A DNA stretch of 64,000 bases. Origin: Candidatus Dadabacteria bacterium. GTDB lineage: Bacteria > Desulfobacterota_D > UBA1144 > Nemesobacterales > CSP1-2. The stretch spans positions 192,001-256,000 of the forward strand of contig CAWDVW010000002.1 of NCBI GenBank assembly GCA_963805855.1, in the 5' to 3' direction. Numbering within the stretch: position 1 is the stretch's first letter; each line of letters begins with the position of its first letter. Under the pieces are notes generated by a model, which worked only from the letters and a program-made list of their open reading frames with translations, did no database searches and had not been told where the DNA came from. Both the position numbers and the translations under genes were made by a program. Shown here in pieces: positions 22,200 to 33,471 of the stretch.

Positions 22200-23792
22200 T
22201 TGCCAAAACTCACAATCGATGGAATTGAAGTTGAGGTTGAAGACGGTTTAAACCTCATTCAGGCTGCATCGCGCATCGGTGTTGAAGTTCCACACTTCTG
22301 CTACCATCCAGCCTTAAGTATCGTAGCACAGTGCAGGCAGTGTCTTGTCGAAGTCGAAGGGGTGCCAAAAGTAATGCCTGCGTGCAACACCTTTGTTAGA
22401 AATGGTCTCATTGTTAAAACAAATTCTGAAAAGGCAATCAACGCAAGAAAGGCAACTGTCGAATTTACCCTGATCAACCATCCTCTAGACTGCCCGATAT
22501 GTGATAAGGGCGGAGAGTGTCCACTACAACTTACTACCTTCAAACACGGGCCCGGGTACAGCAGATTCGACGGACCGGAAGAGAAAAAAGTAAGGAAAAA
22601 GTATTACCTCAGCGAAAGGATATTATACGACCCGAATCGCTGCATAATGTGCACAAGATGCGTCAGATTTACAGATGAGGTTACAAAAACGGGTGAGCTA
22701 GGATTCGACGGACGCGCATTCAGAAAGAAGATTGTAGTTTTCCCAGGCAAGGATTTAGACAATGAATTGGCCGGGAATGTTATCGACCTCTGTCCAGTCG
22801 GTGCACTACTCAACAAAGACACGCTCCACGAAGAAAGGGTTTGGTACTGGAAGTTTGTCGATACGGTTTGCCCCCTTTGCAGTAATGGCTGCAATATAAC
22901 GGTCGGGGTTGATCCACGGATGGGTCGGATTTCAAGGGTTCGTCCGAGGACTAATCTTGAAGTAAATAACTACTGGATTTGTGATAGAGGCAGATACAAT
23001 TTTAAGGCTATTCAAACTGAAAGGCGCCTTAAAGACCCCATTATTCGGACAGGCGAAGGCTTCGAGATAACAACCTGGGAAAACGCTATCGATTTTCTTA
23101 CAGCCGAGATTAAACGGATCAAGAATTACAACGAGGAAATAGCATTCATTTGCTCCCCAGTTCTTACAAATGAAGAACTTTATATGCTTAAAAAGCTTGG
23201 AGGAATCTTGGGGATTAGAAACATCGCTTCAAACATAGTGGAGTCTCAAGGAGAAAAAAAATTTGGACTAATAAGCGAGGATCCTTTCCCAAATAGCGCC
23301 GGTGTTAGAGACATCATTTTATCCGACAATGATGAAGATATGGCAGGCACTATAGACGCTATCGTTGAAAGGAAAATAAAGGCCGTCTACGTGATAGGCG
23401 AAGACCTATTCAATTTTATTTCTGATGGGACTAAAACGACATTGACAGAAGCCTTGGCCAGTCTTTCACTGCTTATTGTTCAAGATTTTAGACTGAGTGG
23501 TACGGCACAGTTGGCTCATGTAATTCTTCCTGGTTCTACCCCATATGAAAAGGACGGAACGTTTACAAATGACAATGGGAGAGTGCAAAGAATAAATCAG
23601 GCAATTCCCCCACCCGGTAATGCAAAACCGGATTGGGAGATTATTAAACTCATAGGAAATACCATTCGGGATGGTAGTTTCAATTACCCAAATCCCTCTG
23701 AGATTATGATTGAGATATCGGAGAAAATTCCGTCCTACAAGGGTATAAACTATGATAAAATCAGCTCACTTGGTACTAACAAGAGTAGTTAG
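22200..23792 (+). CDS. nuoG: NADH-quinone oxidoreductase subunit G (short form)
   Basis: 'VPHFCYHP...CRQCLVE', 'HPLDCPICDKGGECPLQ', 'CIMCTRCVRF', 'CPVGAL' and 'CPLCSNGC'. TTG start. Confidence 0.92.
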   Translation: MPKLTIDGIEVEVEDGLNLIQAASRIGVEVPHFCYHPALSIVAQCRQCLVEVEGVPKVMPACNTFVRNGLIVKTNSEKAINARKATVEFTLINHPLDCPICDKGGECPLQLTTFKHGPGYSRFDGPEEKKVRKKYYLSERILYDPNRCIMCTRCVRFTDEVTKTGELGFDGRAFRKKIVVFPGKDLDNELAGNVIDLCPVGALLNKDTLHEERVWYWKFVDTVCPLCSNGCNITVGVDPRMGRISRVRPRTNLEVNNYWICDRGRYNFKAIQTERRLKDPIIRTGEGFEITTWENAIDFLTAEIKRIKNYNEEIAFICSPVLTNEELYMLKKLGGILGIRNIASNIVESQGEKKFGLISEDPFPNSAGVRDIILSDNDEDMAGTIDAIVERKIKAVYVIGEDLFNFISDGTKTTLTEALASLSLLIVQDFRLSGTAQLAHVILPGSTPYEKDGTFTNDNGRVQRINQAIPPPGNAKPDWEIIKLIGNTIRDGSFNYPNPSEIMIEISEKIPSYKGINYDKISSLGTNKSS

Positions 23793-23819
23793 AATTAGCG
23801 TTCATGGAAAGGTATATCG

Positions 23820-24866
23820 ATGCCCTGGGTTGATATAAGCATATCCTTTATTAAAGTAGTCTTACTGTTATTTGTGGTGCTTACGCTCGTCGCATATCTA
23901 ACGTTTGCCGAGCGGAGAATTAGCGCATTTATGCAAGACAGGTTGGGTCCAAATCGAGTAGGGCCATTTGGCCTACTTCAGCCCCTAGCAGATGGTCTGA
24001 AGTTCATATTTAAAGAAGACATAATTCCTGAACGTGCCTACAAGCCATTATACATTCTTGCCCCCGCACTCGCTCTTATCACTTCCATCGTAGCCCTTGC
24101 AGTGATCCCTATTGGCGAAGGCTTTAACACCACGATCTTTGGTTTATTAAAAGAACCGACCTATGTAAAATTGCAGATTGCTGATATCAACGTCGGTCTT
24201 ATATATGTTTTTGCCATAGGATCTTTAAGCGTATACGGTGTAGTGCTTGGTGGATGGGCCTCAAACAGCAAATACCCCCTTCTAGGTTCTATGCGTTCCG
24301 CTGCTCAGATGGTTAGCTACGAAATCCCGCTCGTTCTTTCAATTTTAGGGGTTATCATTCTCGCAGGATCATTCAAACTGAGCGAAATAGTACATGCACA
24401 GTCTAAACTCTGGTATGTCGTGCCACAGGCATTGGGTTTTCTGGTCTTTCTTGTGGCGGCTTTTGCTGAAACAAATCGACTCCCCTTTGACATGCCGGAA
24501 GCGGAGCCAGAAATCGTTGCCGGTTACCATACAGAATACAGCAGCATGAAATTTGCCATGTTCTTCATGGCAGAATATACGCATATGATAGTAGTCTCAT
24601 GCCTTTTAGTTTGCCTTTTTTTGGGCGGGTGGTATCCACTACCATTCGGCGGGTGGTGGGGAATAGACATTCAAAGATACTGGTATTTGCCCCCACTCGT
24701 GTTCATCGGTAAGGTACTTTTCTTTTTGTTCGTCTTTATATGGGTAAGGTGGACTATTCCCAGATTTCGTTACGATCAGGTTATGGGACTCGGCTGGAAA
24801 GTCCTGTTTCCCCTTGCGGTCTTAAACATAATAGGCACAAGCGCAGTTGTTGTTTATCTACAGTAG
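23820..24866 (+). CDS. nuoH: NADH-quinone oxidoreductase subunit H
   Basis: 'ERRISAFMQDRLGPNRVGPFGLLQPLADGLK', 'ETNRLPFDMPEAE' and 'PRFRYDQ'. Confidence 0.96.
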   Translation: MPWVDISISFIKVVLLLFVVLTLVAYLTFAERRISAFMQDRLGPNRVGPFGLLQPLADGLKFIFKEDIIPERAYKPLYILAPALALITSIVALAVIPIGEGFNTTIFGLLKEPTYVKLQIADINVGLIYVFAIGSLSVYGVVLGGWASNSKYPLLGSMRSAAQMVSYEIPLVLSILGVIILAGSFKLSEIVHAQSKLWYVVPQALGFLVFLVAAFAETNRLPFDMPEAEPEIVAGYHTEYSSMKFAMFFMAEYTHMIVVSCLLVCLFLGGWYPLPFGGWWGIDIQRYWYLPPLVFIGKVLFFLFVFIWVRWTIPRFRYDQVMGLGWKVLFPLAVLNIIGTSAVVVYLQ

Positions 24867-24890
24867 AGGCACGGTGCAACGTGCCCCTGC
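24863..24890 (+). repeat. GTAG-type REP overlapping the nuoH stop codon
   Basis: GTAGAGGCACG-GTGCAA-CGTGCCCCTGC imperfect hairpin beginning with GTAG. Confidence 0.65.
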
Positions 24891-24965
24891 CGATTTTTGG
24901 GTTGGACTTAATGAAAAAGAATATAACCCCTGATGATTCATACCGCCAGGAGGTTGGGTCCTCTA

Positions 24966-26159
24966 CTATTTTACCTTTTCTACAATCATAGCGATCCCCA
25001 TTCCGCCACCTATACAGAGGGAAGCAAGGCCCAATTTTGCCTTTTTCCTCTTGTGTAACTCATGTATCAATTTTGTTAGAAGTACTGCGCCTGAGGCTCC
25101 GATGGGATGTCCAAGTGCTATTGCTCCGCCGTTTACATTAAGCTTTTCCTCAGGAATCGGGAAATCACTCAAGACTGCCAGAGACTGGGCGGCAAACGCT
25201 TCGTTCAATTCAACCAGATCTATATCGTCAATAGAAAGGCCAGCCTTATGCAATACCTTCTGCATCGCTGGTACCGGACCAATCCCCATTATCGCGGGTT
25301 CGACTCCAGCCACTGCATAGGCCCTTATTGAAACCAAAGGCTTAAGCCCAAGTTCTTGTGCCTTTTTCTCAGATGCAACCAGCATTGCTGAAGCTCCGTC
25401 ATTTATACCGGAAGCATTCCCTGCGGTAACCGTTCCCCCAACCTTAAACACCGGACGCAAGCCTCCGAGAGTCTCAAGGGTAGTATCAGCCCTGGCGTGC
25501 TCATCCTTGACGAATGAAATTGGATCCCCTCTTCTCTGAGGAATCATTACAGGAACTATTTCATCATTAAATTTCCCTTCCTCCATAGCAGCCTTGCATT
25601 TCATCTGGCTTTTATAAGCGAACTCGTCTTGCGCCTCCCTTGAAATGTTATATGCCTCTGCGAGGTTTTCTGCCGTTACTCCCATGTGATAATCATTAAA
25701 AATATCCCAGAGACCATCATAGACCATTCCATCCGTTATCTCTTCGTTTGGCATACCCATCCTGTATCCATAGCGAGCCTTTGTAAGATAAAATGGAGTT
25801 GCGCTCATGTTCTCGATTCCACCCGCTAAAATTAAGTCTGAATCCTCGGCCTTTATCGCCTGTGCTGCCAGCGCAACACTCTGCAACCCGGAACCACAAA
25901 CCCTGTTCAGTGTGAATGCTGGTGTCTCAATACTGAGCCCTGCGTTAAGCGCAACCTGACGTGATGGGTTCATTCCCTGACCCGCGGTCAATATATTACC
26001 CATTATACAGTCGTCAATTTCCTTAGGATCGATATCTGCCCTACTCAAAATCTCCTTTACCACAGTTGAACCTAAAGTTGTCGCCGGCGTATCCTTCAGG
26101 GATCCGCCAAATGCGCCTATAGCCGTTCTTAGAGGTCCACATATTACTGCCTTCTGCAT
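24966..26159 (-). CDS. Acetyl-CoA C-acetyltransferase (thiolase)
   Basis: 'NRVCGSG', 'NEAFA', '[14 protein letters not shown]' and 'CIGGGMG'. Start ATG 26159 after an AGGAGG SD. Confidence 0.95.
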   Translation of the reverse strand: MQKAVICGPLRTAIGAFGGSLKDTPATTLGSTVVKEILSRADIDPKEIDDCIMGNILTAGQGMNPSRQVALNAGLSIETPAFTLNRVCGSGLQSVALAAQAIKAEDSDLILAGGIENMSATPFYLTKARYGYRMGMPNEEITDGMVYDGLWDIFNDYHMGVTAENLAEAYNISREAQDEFAYKSQMKCKAAMEEGKFNDEIVPVMIPQRRGDPISFVKDEHARADTTLETLGGLRPVFKVGGTVTAGNASGINDGASAMLVASEKKAQELGLKPLVSIRAYAVAGVEPAIMGIGPVPAMQKVLHKAGLSIDDIDLVELNEAFAAQSLAVLSDFPIPEEKLNVNGGAIALGHPIGASGAVLLTKLIHELHKRKKAKLGLASLCIGGGMGIAMIVEKVK

Positions 26160-26543
26160 GTTAAATCCCTCCTGAGTTTTTGTGAATAGCTGGGATTTTA
26201 CCCAAGAAAAACGTCGTTTGCAAAACGCTGTTTTATCAAAATACATAATTGTAGCAGAAAGGTTCAGATAGCCAAAAAACAGCTTCCAATCGAGGGCCCG
26301 CCCCCGAACGGATAACACAAACCGGACTGAGCGGGCATCAATCCCTACATATGTTAATATTGACGACGCAGTGCCACGCGGTCGTTAAAAGATTATGTTT
26401 TTCATGGGCGGCGACCCTAACGTAGCCACGTGTGCAGGGCTAAAGCCCTCCTTCACATCGGGCATTAATGAATAATGCCCGATTTTCTTGACATTAAATA
26501 CTCATTAAGGTAACCCATTAAAAACTCACAAAAAGGAATAATC

Positions 26544-27647
26544 TTGTCCAAGAAATTAGTCGGAATAGTTTTCGGTGGTAGGTCTGTCGAACACGAAATC
26601 TCTCTGCTATCTGCCAGGTCAATCATAAAAAATATTGACTCCGACAGATTCCATATCTTCCCGATATTTATTATGAAAGACGGCAGTTGGAGAAAAGCCT
26701 CGATAGAGGACTGGATAGGCCGGGGGAATATTACAATTTCTGATTCTACCTTTCTTGCTCCTTCCTTAGACCCTCAGAAGCCTGTTTTTTATGAAATTGA
26801 AGATAAAAAGATCAGACAGGAGCACAAACTCGATGTCTTATTCCCAATTTTGCATGGAACATATGGAGAGGACGGGACCGTTCAAGGTATGTTTGAGCTA
26901 ATGGGAATACCATTTGTTGGATCCTCGGTACTTGGTTCATCGGTTGGTATGGATAAGATAGCTATGAAAGCAATATTTAGAGACTCCGGTATACCAGTCG
27001 TTGAATTCATTGGATTCAATAAGTCGGATTGGACAAGACAAAAAGAAATAGTTAAAAAAAGAATTCAGAGCGAAATTGGCATTCCCTGCTTTGTTAAGTC
27101 AGCAAATTTGGGCTCAAGCGTGGGGATAACGAAGGTTAAATCAGAAAATGAGTTGGAAAAAGCAGTGGATTTCGCCTGTGAATTTTCAAACAAAATAATA
27201 GTGGAAAAGGCTGTCTTAAATCCTAGAGAGATTGAAGTTAGCGTCTTAGGAAATGAAGAACCGGTTGTCTCATTGCCTGGAGAAATAATTCCACATAGGG
27301 AATTTTATGACTACAAAGCAAAATACACTGAGAAAGGAACAAAACTGGTGGCTCCGGCCAAGCTTAATGAAGAAGTAACTGAGAATATTCAAAAACTCGC
27401 AATTAAGGGATTCAAAGCAACGGATTGTTTTGGCATGGCCAGAGTAGATTTTCTCATGGAAAAAAGCACAGAAAATATTTTCGTAAGCGAGTTGAACACG
27501 ATTCCGGGATTCACACAAATAAGCATGTATCCAAAACTCTGGGAAGTCAGCGGTATCAGCTATAAGGATCTTATTTCGAGGTTAATAGATCTGGCCTTTG
27601 ACAGACATGAAAACTTGAAAAAGCTCAAGACTGATTTTAAAGATTAG
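26544..27647 (+). CDS. ddl: D-alanine--D-alanine ligase
   Basis: 'FGGRSVEHEISL', 'LHGTYGEDG', 'GSSVG', 'YDYKAKY' and 'ELNTIPGFT'. Confidence 0.96.
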   Translation: MSKKLVGIVFGGRSVEHEISLLSARSIIKNIDSDRFHIFPIFIMKDGSWRKASIEDWIGRGNITISDSTFLAPSLDPQKPVFYEIEDKKIRQEHKLDVLFPILHGTYGEDGTVQGMFELMGIPFVGSSVLGSSVGMDKIAMKAIFRDSGIPVVEFIGFNKSDWTRQKEIVKKRIQSEIGIPCFVKSANLGSSVGITKVKSENELEKAVDFACEFSNKIIVEKAVLNPREIEVSVLGNEEPVVSLPGEIIPHREFYDYKAKYTEKGTKLVAPAKLNEEVTENIQKLAIKGFKATDCFGMARVDFLMEKSTENIFVSELNTIPGFTQISMYPKLWEVSGISYKDLISRLIDLAFDRHENLKKLKTDFKD

Positions 27648-28341
27648 TATGTTTTATCCGGAGCATAAAATTGCTCCCCCTTAAAAACTCAAACCCCACC
27701 TCAACAATGCTGGCTTCGAACCCGGTTTGTTTAAGATCATTTATGAGCCTGTCCATATATGGGTAAATCCTCGCGTTCATTGACTGCAGAGGGTAAATCC
27801 TGACCTCGCTGGAACACACCCTGTTTAATTCAAGGATGGAATTTAAGTGAAATTCATAGTCCAATTTATCGTCATAAATAAATAGAAAGTGTGCCGATAT
27901 TACCAACTCGAAGCTTCTGTCGGGAAATGGCAGAATAGGTAATGAAGCTTTCACATACCTCTCTTCTTCAAGACCTATTTGAAAATCCTCTTCGAATAAT
28001 TTCAATGCACGAGTTCTTGACTCTTTTACATCCTCTACCGAGGAATAGTAATCCCATTTGAATAGATGCGTCTTTTCAGACAGTCGTTCAATAACATGTG
28101 ATATGTCCTTTAAGCCCTTATTCACCAATTGTTTCAGAGGTAAGTCATAAGAGGAGTCACAACCAACCGCTCTAATCCCCATTCTATTTGCCTCTGCCAC
28201 AAATGAAGAGGGACCGGAAGGGCAATCCAGCACTTTCGAACCTTTAAGAGATTCGATATCAAGATCGAGAAACTCTTTATACTCCGATAGGGTTCTGCCC
28301 ACGAAGACAACCCTATCTATATCGAGCCTGTCATTGTCCAT
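27637..28341 (-). CDS. SAM-dependent methyltransferase-like protein
   Basis: 'VLDCPSGPSSF', 'LPFPDRSFELVISAHFLF' and 'EVRIYPL'. Confidence 0.8.
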   Translation of the reverse strand: MDNDRLDIDRVVFVGRTLSEYKEFLDLDIESLKGSKVLDCPSGPSSFVAEANRMGIRAVGCDSSYDLPLKQLVNKGLKDISHVIERLSEKTHLFKWDYYSSVEDVKESRTRALKLFEEDFQIGLEEERYVKASLPILPFPDRSFELVISAHFLFIYDDKLDYEFHLNSILELNRVCSSEVRIYPLQSMNARIYPYMDRLINDLKQTGFEASIVEVGFEFLRGSNFMLRIKHTNL

Positions 28342-28426
28342 AGCGAAAGTCAGAATTCTTCAATTGAACGAAAGGTTCTATCGAATCTAGAATGAAAAAT
28401 CAATAAGAATTAAAATAACAATCCCA

Positions 28427-29398
28427 TTATTCATGCTCGAGGACGTCAGCCTTCGCCCCCCTGAAAATAACCAGGAAAACAACTCCGGTTACTATACACA
28501 CTCCACCTGCAAGTTTTACCAAAGAGGGCAAGTCCCCAAAAATGAGATATGAAAAAAGGACGACGAAAAGCGACTCCAATGGCATTACGGCGGTAGATCG
28601 AGATACGTCAAGAAGCTTTATGGACTGGAACTGACTCGTTTTTGCAATAAATGCTCCAGAAATACCCCCCAAAGTCATGAACAAAACATCTAGCAGACTG
28701 GGCATCTCAAACGTACCTGTGACTGTCAGGTAAATAAATACGACTATTGAAACGCCGAGAGCTCTAAGGCTTGCAACCGTGAGCATATTCAAATCCTGTG
28801 CAATCTTCTTTATTAGAAAAGATAATATTGAGTAGAAAAAAGCCGAGATAAGAGCCAACAACGTCCCCATTAACAGATATCCCTCTTTTTGGTAAGAAAC
28901 AATGACTGCTCCCAATATTGTGATAATGATTCCAAAAAGCTCCCATCTATTTAATCTCTCACCCAAGAAGATAAAACCAAGCATCAAAGTAAACAAGGTC
29001 TGTGATTTCATTAGAAACGACGTGAGAGGAGGACCAATAATCCATATCGAGGTAATCCACAAAGCAGCACCGACGGCAGTCAGGATTGAACTGTAAACAA
29101 ATATCGGGAAATACCTGCGGACCCCCCTGATCTCCAATCTTTGAGAAGGAAGCCAAACAACGACAAGCGAGGAGCATAGAAATGCGCCAAAGAACCAGAA
29201 AAAAACGGTTGTTTCGGGACTAAATTCATTATTTATCGCTTTTCCAAAGATATAGGAAAGGGAAGTGAAGAACGCCGAACATACAAGGAACAAATATCCT
29301 TTTATTGGAAACGCCTTATTATTTATTTGTAATATTATGACTGATATCCTTTGAAACCAGCTTACAAAACCTTTTCTTCTTGCCTGCTCCACCACCAT
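28427..29398 (-). CDS. DMT/EamA-family transporter
   Basis: Two EamA-like repeats with about 10 TM segments ('FIFLGERL', 'YLIFGDLP'). The true start may be downstream. Confidence 0.85.
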   Translation of the reverse strand: MVVEQARRKGFVSWFQRISVIILQINNKAFPIKGYLFLVCSAFFTSLSYIFGKAINNEFSPETTVFFWFFGAFLCSSLVVVWLPSQRLEIRGVRRYFPIFVYSSILTAVGAALWITSIWIIGPPLTSFLMKSQTLFTLMLGFIFLGERLNRWELFGIIITILGAVIVSYQKEGYLLMGTLLALISAFFYSILSFLIKKIAQDLNMLTVASLRALGVSIVVFIYLTVTGTFEMPSLLDVLFMTLGGISGAFIAKTSQFQSIKLLDVSRSTAVMPLESLFVVLFSYLIFGDLPSLVKLAGGVCIVTGVVFLVIFRGAKADVLEHE

Positions 29399-30297
29399 GC
29401 AAGTGCGGAGCCGGATATATTATGCCAGACACTGAACATCGCAGCAGGGAGCGCTGCCAGTGCCCCGAAATATGCCCCAGCCAACGCAACCCCTAACCCT
29501 GAATTCTGCATACCAACCTCTATCGAAACCGCTTTCGCCTTTTTCATGTTCATACCTACAAGCCTGGCTAGTCCGAAACCAACAGCCAGTCCCAAGACAT
29601 TATGGATTATTACAACAAGACCGGTTCTAAGGCCGACGCCGGAAATGGATTCCGCATTGGCTGCCACTATGACCCCGACAATGAAAATTATTACAGCAGA
29701 GGACACAAGAGGAAGAAATTCAACAGCGCGCATGACCTTTTCTCCGTATAAGGCCTTCATTCCAAGACCAAGCGCAATTGGTAAAATAATTATTTTGGTA
29801 GCAGTAATAAAAAGTTTAAAGGCGGGTACGTCTATCCATTGCCCTGCATAAATATATGTAAGAAGCGGAGTCAATACAGGGGACATGATAGTCGAAACTG
29901 AAGTCAACGTTACCGAGAGAGCGACATCTCCTCTAGCCAGGAAAGTGATCACGTTCGATGCCGTCCCGCCGGGGCACGATCCCACAAGCACCACTCCTGC
30001 TGCAAGTAATGGCTTGAGACCGAAAATATTGGAAAGAACAAATCCTGCCAGAGGCATGAACCCGTACTGGAGAAAAAATCCAACAGCAACATCCAGAGGC
30101 CTGAGCAGTACTCTCTTAAAATCTTGGCCGCTGAGGGTAGTATCCATTCCAAACATAATTACACCCAGGGCGACGGGGATGAGATATATGAGTTTTCTAA
30201 AAGGATCGGGATAGAGGTATGTAAAGATCGAGAATCCGATAATCCAGAATGTGAAGTAACGCGTAATCAGGCTGTTCAAAAATCTGAGGATTATCAA
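29362..30297 (-). CDS. Bile acid:sodium symporter (BASS) family
   Basis: 'GSCPGGTASNVITFLARGDVALSV' and 'SIEVGMQNSGL'. Confidence 0.92.
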   Translation of the reverse strand: MIILRFLNSLITRYFTFWIIGFSIFTYLYPDPFRKLIYLIPVALGVIMFGMDTTLSGQDFKRVLLRPLDVAVGFFLQYGFMPLAGFVLSNIFGLKPLLAAGVVLVGSCPGGTASNVITFLARGDVALSVTLTSVSTIMSPVLTPLLTYIYAGQWIDVPAFKLFITATKIIILPIALGLGMKALYGEKVMRAVEFLPLVSSAVIIFIVGVIVAANAESISGVGLRTGLVVIIHNVLGLAVGFGLARLVGMNMKKAKAVSIEVGMQNSGLGVALAGAYFGALAALPAAMFSVWHNISGSALAWWWSRQEEKVL

Positions 30298-30428
30298 AGC
30301 GTTATTTAAGAGGAAGCATTTTTAATGGCTGCGAAAAACTACATAAGATAATAAATGCTGTCAAACGATAAAAAAGAGAAATTTGGGCGGGTATAGCGTT
30401 TTTGTTCTGAAAAAGATCATTTAATTTA

Positions 30429-30582
30429 CGGGTAGATCACGAGTCCCTTCGATTGGACTCAGGGCATGCTTGCTCGTGACAATCGATCGTTTCCGGGTAG
30501 GCAACAAGTCTTGCTCGTTGTAAATTATCGCACCAGCAACCCTTCGAATTCGCTCAGGACAGGAACCGGTGGGCTACCCAAT
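30429..30582. repeat. Nested REP-like cluster
   Basis: GTAG-type hairpins carry CCCTTCG..CTCAGG inserts at 30445-30464 and 30540-30558. Confidence 0.7.
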
Positions 30583-30753
30583 AACCGCAAAATATTTTTT
30601 TCGTTTGAGAGCAGTGTATCAGGGGTGATATTTCATGGTTCAAGCAATTTTCAGATGTCGAGAAATCCCGTCCGTCCGGGTGCGGCTCTTGCGAGAATAC
30701 TTAATCGTATTTTCCCCGAGGTCGAACACCGTTCCGACTAAAGTCCTGGGAAA

Positions 30754-31176
30754 TCACTTTTTCTCAGGTGGGGGTTGATCTACAGCTATGGCGAGCCTTG
30801 AAAAACCGTTTGTCTTTACAGTATCCATCGCCTCAACGACACGACCGTGAGTCACCGAGCTATCTGCTCGTATGATTACCAGAGAATCTTTATCCTTTTT
30901 TTCTTTCAATTTTTGTGAAAGATTGGCCAGTGTGATTACCTTATCATTCAGGTAGGTTTTTCCATCGGCCGTGAGATTTATTGTAAATTCTTCGGCCTTT
31001 ACGGGCTCAGCAGATGCGGCCTTTGGGAGCTTCACATTAATTCCCCCGGAAGTAACGGCGAAATTAAGAGAAAGCGCAAAGAATATGAGCAGATTGAAAA
31101 CTACATCTACTATAGGTGTTAGATCAAGTGTGCTGGCTAAACCCTTCTTTGATTCATCCTCTTTTCGAAATCTCAC
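30754..31176 (-). CDS. exbD: Biopolymer transport protein ExbD/TolR
   Basis: 'LDLTPIVDVVFNLLIFF' and 'IIRADSSVTHGRVVEAMD'. Overlaps the exbB stop. Confidence 0.92.
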   Translation of the reverse strand: MRFRKEDESKKGLASTLDLTPIVDVVFNLLIFFALSLNFAVTSGGINVKLPKAASAEPVKAEEFTINLTADGKTYLNDKVITLANLSQKLKEKKDKDSLVIIRADSSVTHGRVVEAMDTVKTNGFSRLAIAVDQPPPEKK

Positions 31177-31829
31177 CCGACGACCTCTCTAGTTTGCTCC
31201 CTTCTATCTTTCGCGATAACAATCTCTTCCATAATGCTCGTCCCTTCCTCTTCCATTTCCGCTGTAATGTCTCCAGCCTTTCCAGAGGTGTATTTGTAGG
31301 CTATAAACGCTGGAATAGCAACCAAAAGCCCAAGGGCAGTAGTGTAAAGCGCCTCCGAGATACCGCCTGCAAGACTTGGAGGATTGACAATCGGTTGTTC
31401 GGCGATAACCCTGAATATCTTTATCATTCCAGATATCGTTCCTAGTAGACCCAATAGAGTGCTGACATTACTTATAGCGCCAAGGCCCTCAATATATCTC
31501 GAGAGATCGCTCGACTCTTTTCTACCCGATTCTTCGATTTTTTCCTTTAGTTCATCTTTGGGTCTGTCATAATAGTCAAGAGCAGTCGAAGCTATTCTTG
31601 CTATAGGCGAATCATTTGCACGCGACAATACCCTTGCATCGCCAAACTTGCCTTGGGAGATCAACTCATAAAGCATCCTCAAAAACTGTTCAGGAATTAT
31701 CTTTTTCTGCCTGAGAATCCAGATCTTTTGCAGGAAAATTGCCAGCCCCACAACCGAGCAAAGCATTATGGGATACATAAAGAATCCACCTTTCCTAACA
31801 AACTCCAGAAAACTACTCTCCCATATCAT
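31173..31829 (-). CDS. exbB: MotA/TolQ/ExbB proton channel protein
   Basis: 'LLGLLGTISGMI' and 'LAGGISEALYTTALGLLVAIP'. Start at ATG 31829 behind a GGAGG SD. Confidence 0.92.
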   Translation of the reverse strand: MIWESSFLEFVRKGGFFMYPIMLCSVVGLAIFLQKIWILRQKKIIPEQFLRMLYELISQGKFGDARVLSRANDSPIARIASTALDYYDRPKDELKEKIEESGRKESSDLSRYIEGLGAISNVSTLLGLLGTISGMIKIFRVIAEQPIVNPPSLAGGISEALYTTALGLLVAIPAFIAYKYTSGKAGDITAEMEEEGTSIMEEIVIAKDRREQTREVVG

Positions 31830-32071
31830 AAGAACCTCCGTGAATCTGAACAAATATCATGATGAATATAGCTGCTCTAGTCTGAGAACGCTCTAAAAGG
31901 ATATACATTGGGTATCCTTAGGTCAATAATGATTTACGGCTCAAATTTTTCCACTAGGTAATCTATCAGGAAAAAGGTTTAATACTATCCACGGCCTCTG
32001 AAATAGAACCCAATTACGAGGGATTCTGGTTAGCATCCGGACCTCAACAGGCCCACTTTAAAGCGCATTCT

Positions 32072-33335
32072 TCACTTGATAAATCCTGGGATAGTCTCGC
32101 CTCGAATAAGATCCTCAATCTTTTCCCTTTCTCTTACTAAAAAATATTCATCCCTATTGACCAAAACTTCAGGTACGCGTGGACGAGAATTATAATTTGA
32201 AGACATTGCAAACCCGTATGCCCCGGCACTGAGTATTGCAAGAAGATCACCCTTTTTGACCCTTGGAAGTTCTCTATCTTTTGCAAAAAAATCACCGGAT
32301 TCACATACGGGTCCGACTATGTCTACCTTTTCCTCCTGGCTATTACCCTGATTTACATTCAGAATTTCGTGATAGGAGTCATAGAATGCCGGCCTAATCA
32401 AGTCATTCATAGCTGCATCTACGATGACGAACTTCTTTGTTTCTCCTTCTTTTAAATAGATGACCTTTGTTACGAGTATCCCGGCATTGCCAACCAAAGA
32501 CCGTCCAGGCTCTAAAACCAGCCTATATGGTTTGTCTACTCAGCTCTCTCACTACTACTTCGGCATAATCTCTCGGTTTAGGTGACACTTCACCCAATTC
32601 ATAACTAATTGCCAGTCCCCCTCCTACATCTATATACTGAATATCAATTCCTTCACCCCTCAATAAACCTGAAAGCTCTATAAGCTTTCTTAACGAATCC
32701 GCAAATGGAGTGAGATCAAATATCTGTGATCCAATATGTGCATCTATACCAACAATCTCTATACCATCCATCCTTGAAGCTTGCCCGTACACATATCCAG
32801 CCTTATCAATATCAATTCCAAACTTACTCTCTTTGAGCCCGGTAGTTATATACGGATGTGTTTTTGGATCGATATCCGGGTTAACACGAATCGCGACCCT
32901 CGCCTTCTTCTTTAAATCCTTCGCGACGGTGTTTAACGCTTCAAGCTCCTCAGTGGATTCAACATTGAAAAATAATATCTCTGAAATGATTGCTTCCCTC
33001 ATCTCCTCAAGCGTCTTCCCAACACCAGAAAAGACAATCTTTTGCGGGGCACCACCCGCAATTAAAACTCGGCGGAGTTCTCCTAGCGAAACGATATCAA
33101 ATCCTGCTCCAAAGCTCGCGTATGCCTTAAGAATCGCTAGATTTGAATTTGCCTTTACCGAATAACAAATAAGGGCGTCTATGGACGAAAACGCATTATT
33201 ATAAAGAGCAAAGTTATGCTTTAATGCCGAAAAACTGTATATGTAGCAAGGGGTCCCGAAAGATTCAATAATTCTTCTTACAGGGACTTCCTCTACATGA
33301 AGTTCATTATCTCTATATTCAAATCCGTAGTGCAT
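32072..33335 (-). CDS. lysA: Diaminopimelate decarboxylase, split by one apparent frameshift near 32530-32540
   Basis: ORF 32523-33335 has YSVKANS, HIGSQI and DVGGG. Removing one base restores 'KPYRLVLEPGRSLVGNAG' into ORF 32072-32497 (GPVCESGD, GAYG...SNYNSRP). Confidence 0.92.
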
Positions 33336-33471
33336 ATCACTGGCTCCCTTTGACTTTCACCACACATAATTGGCTAAAAATTTCGATTTGTACAGAATAG
33401 AGACTCATTCGAGCGCCATGCCATTCATCCTTCATCATGCATCATGTATCCTGCATCATTAATCACTGAAT

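Noticed and set aside
21929-22228. Overlapping short ORFs upstream of nuoG
   Set aside because: They have no similarity to Nuo subunits or other recognisable motifs, so I cannot support them as genes.
26200-26490. Possible ncRNA or riboswitch between thiolase and ddl
   Set aside because: Only short GC hairpins resembling decayed REPs are present, and I recognise no conserved RNA family motif. An Rfam scan would settle it.
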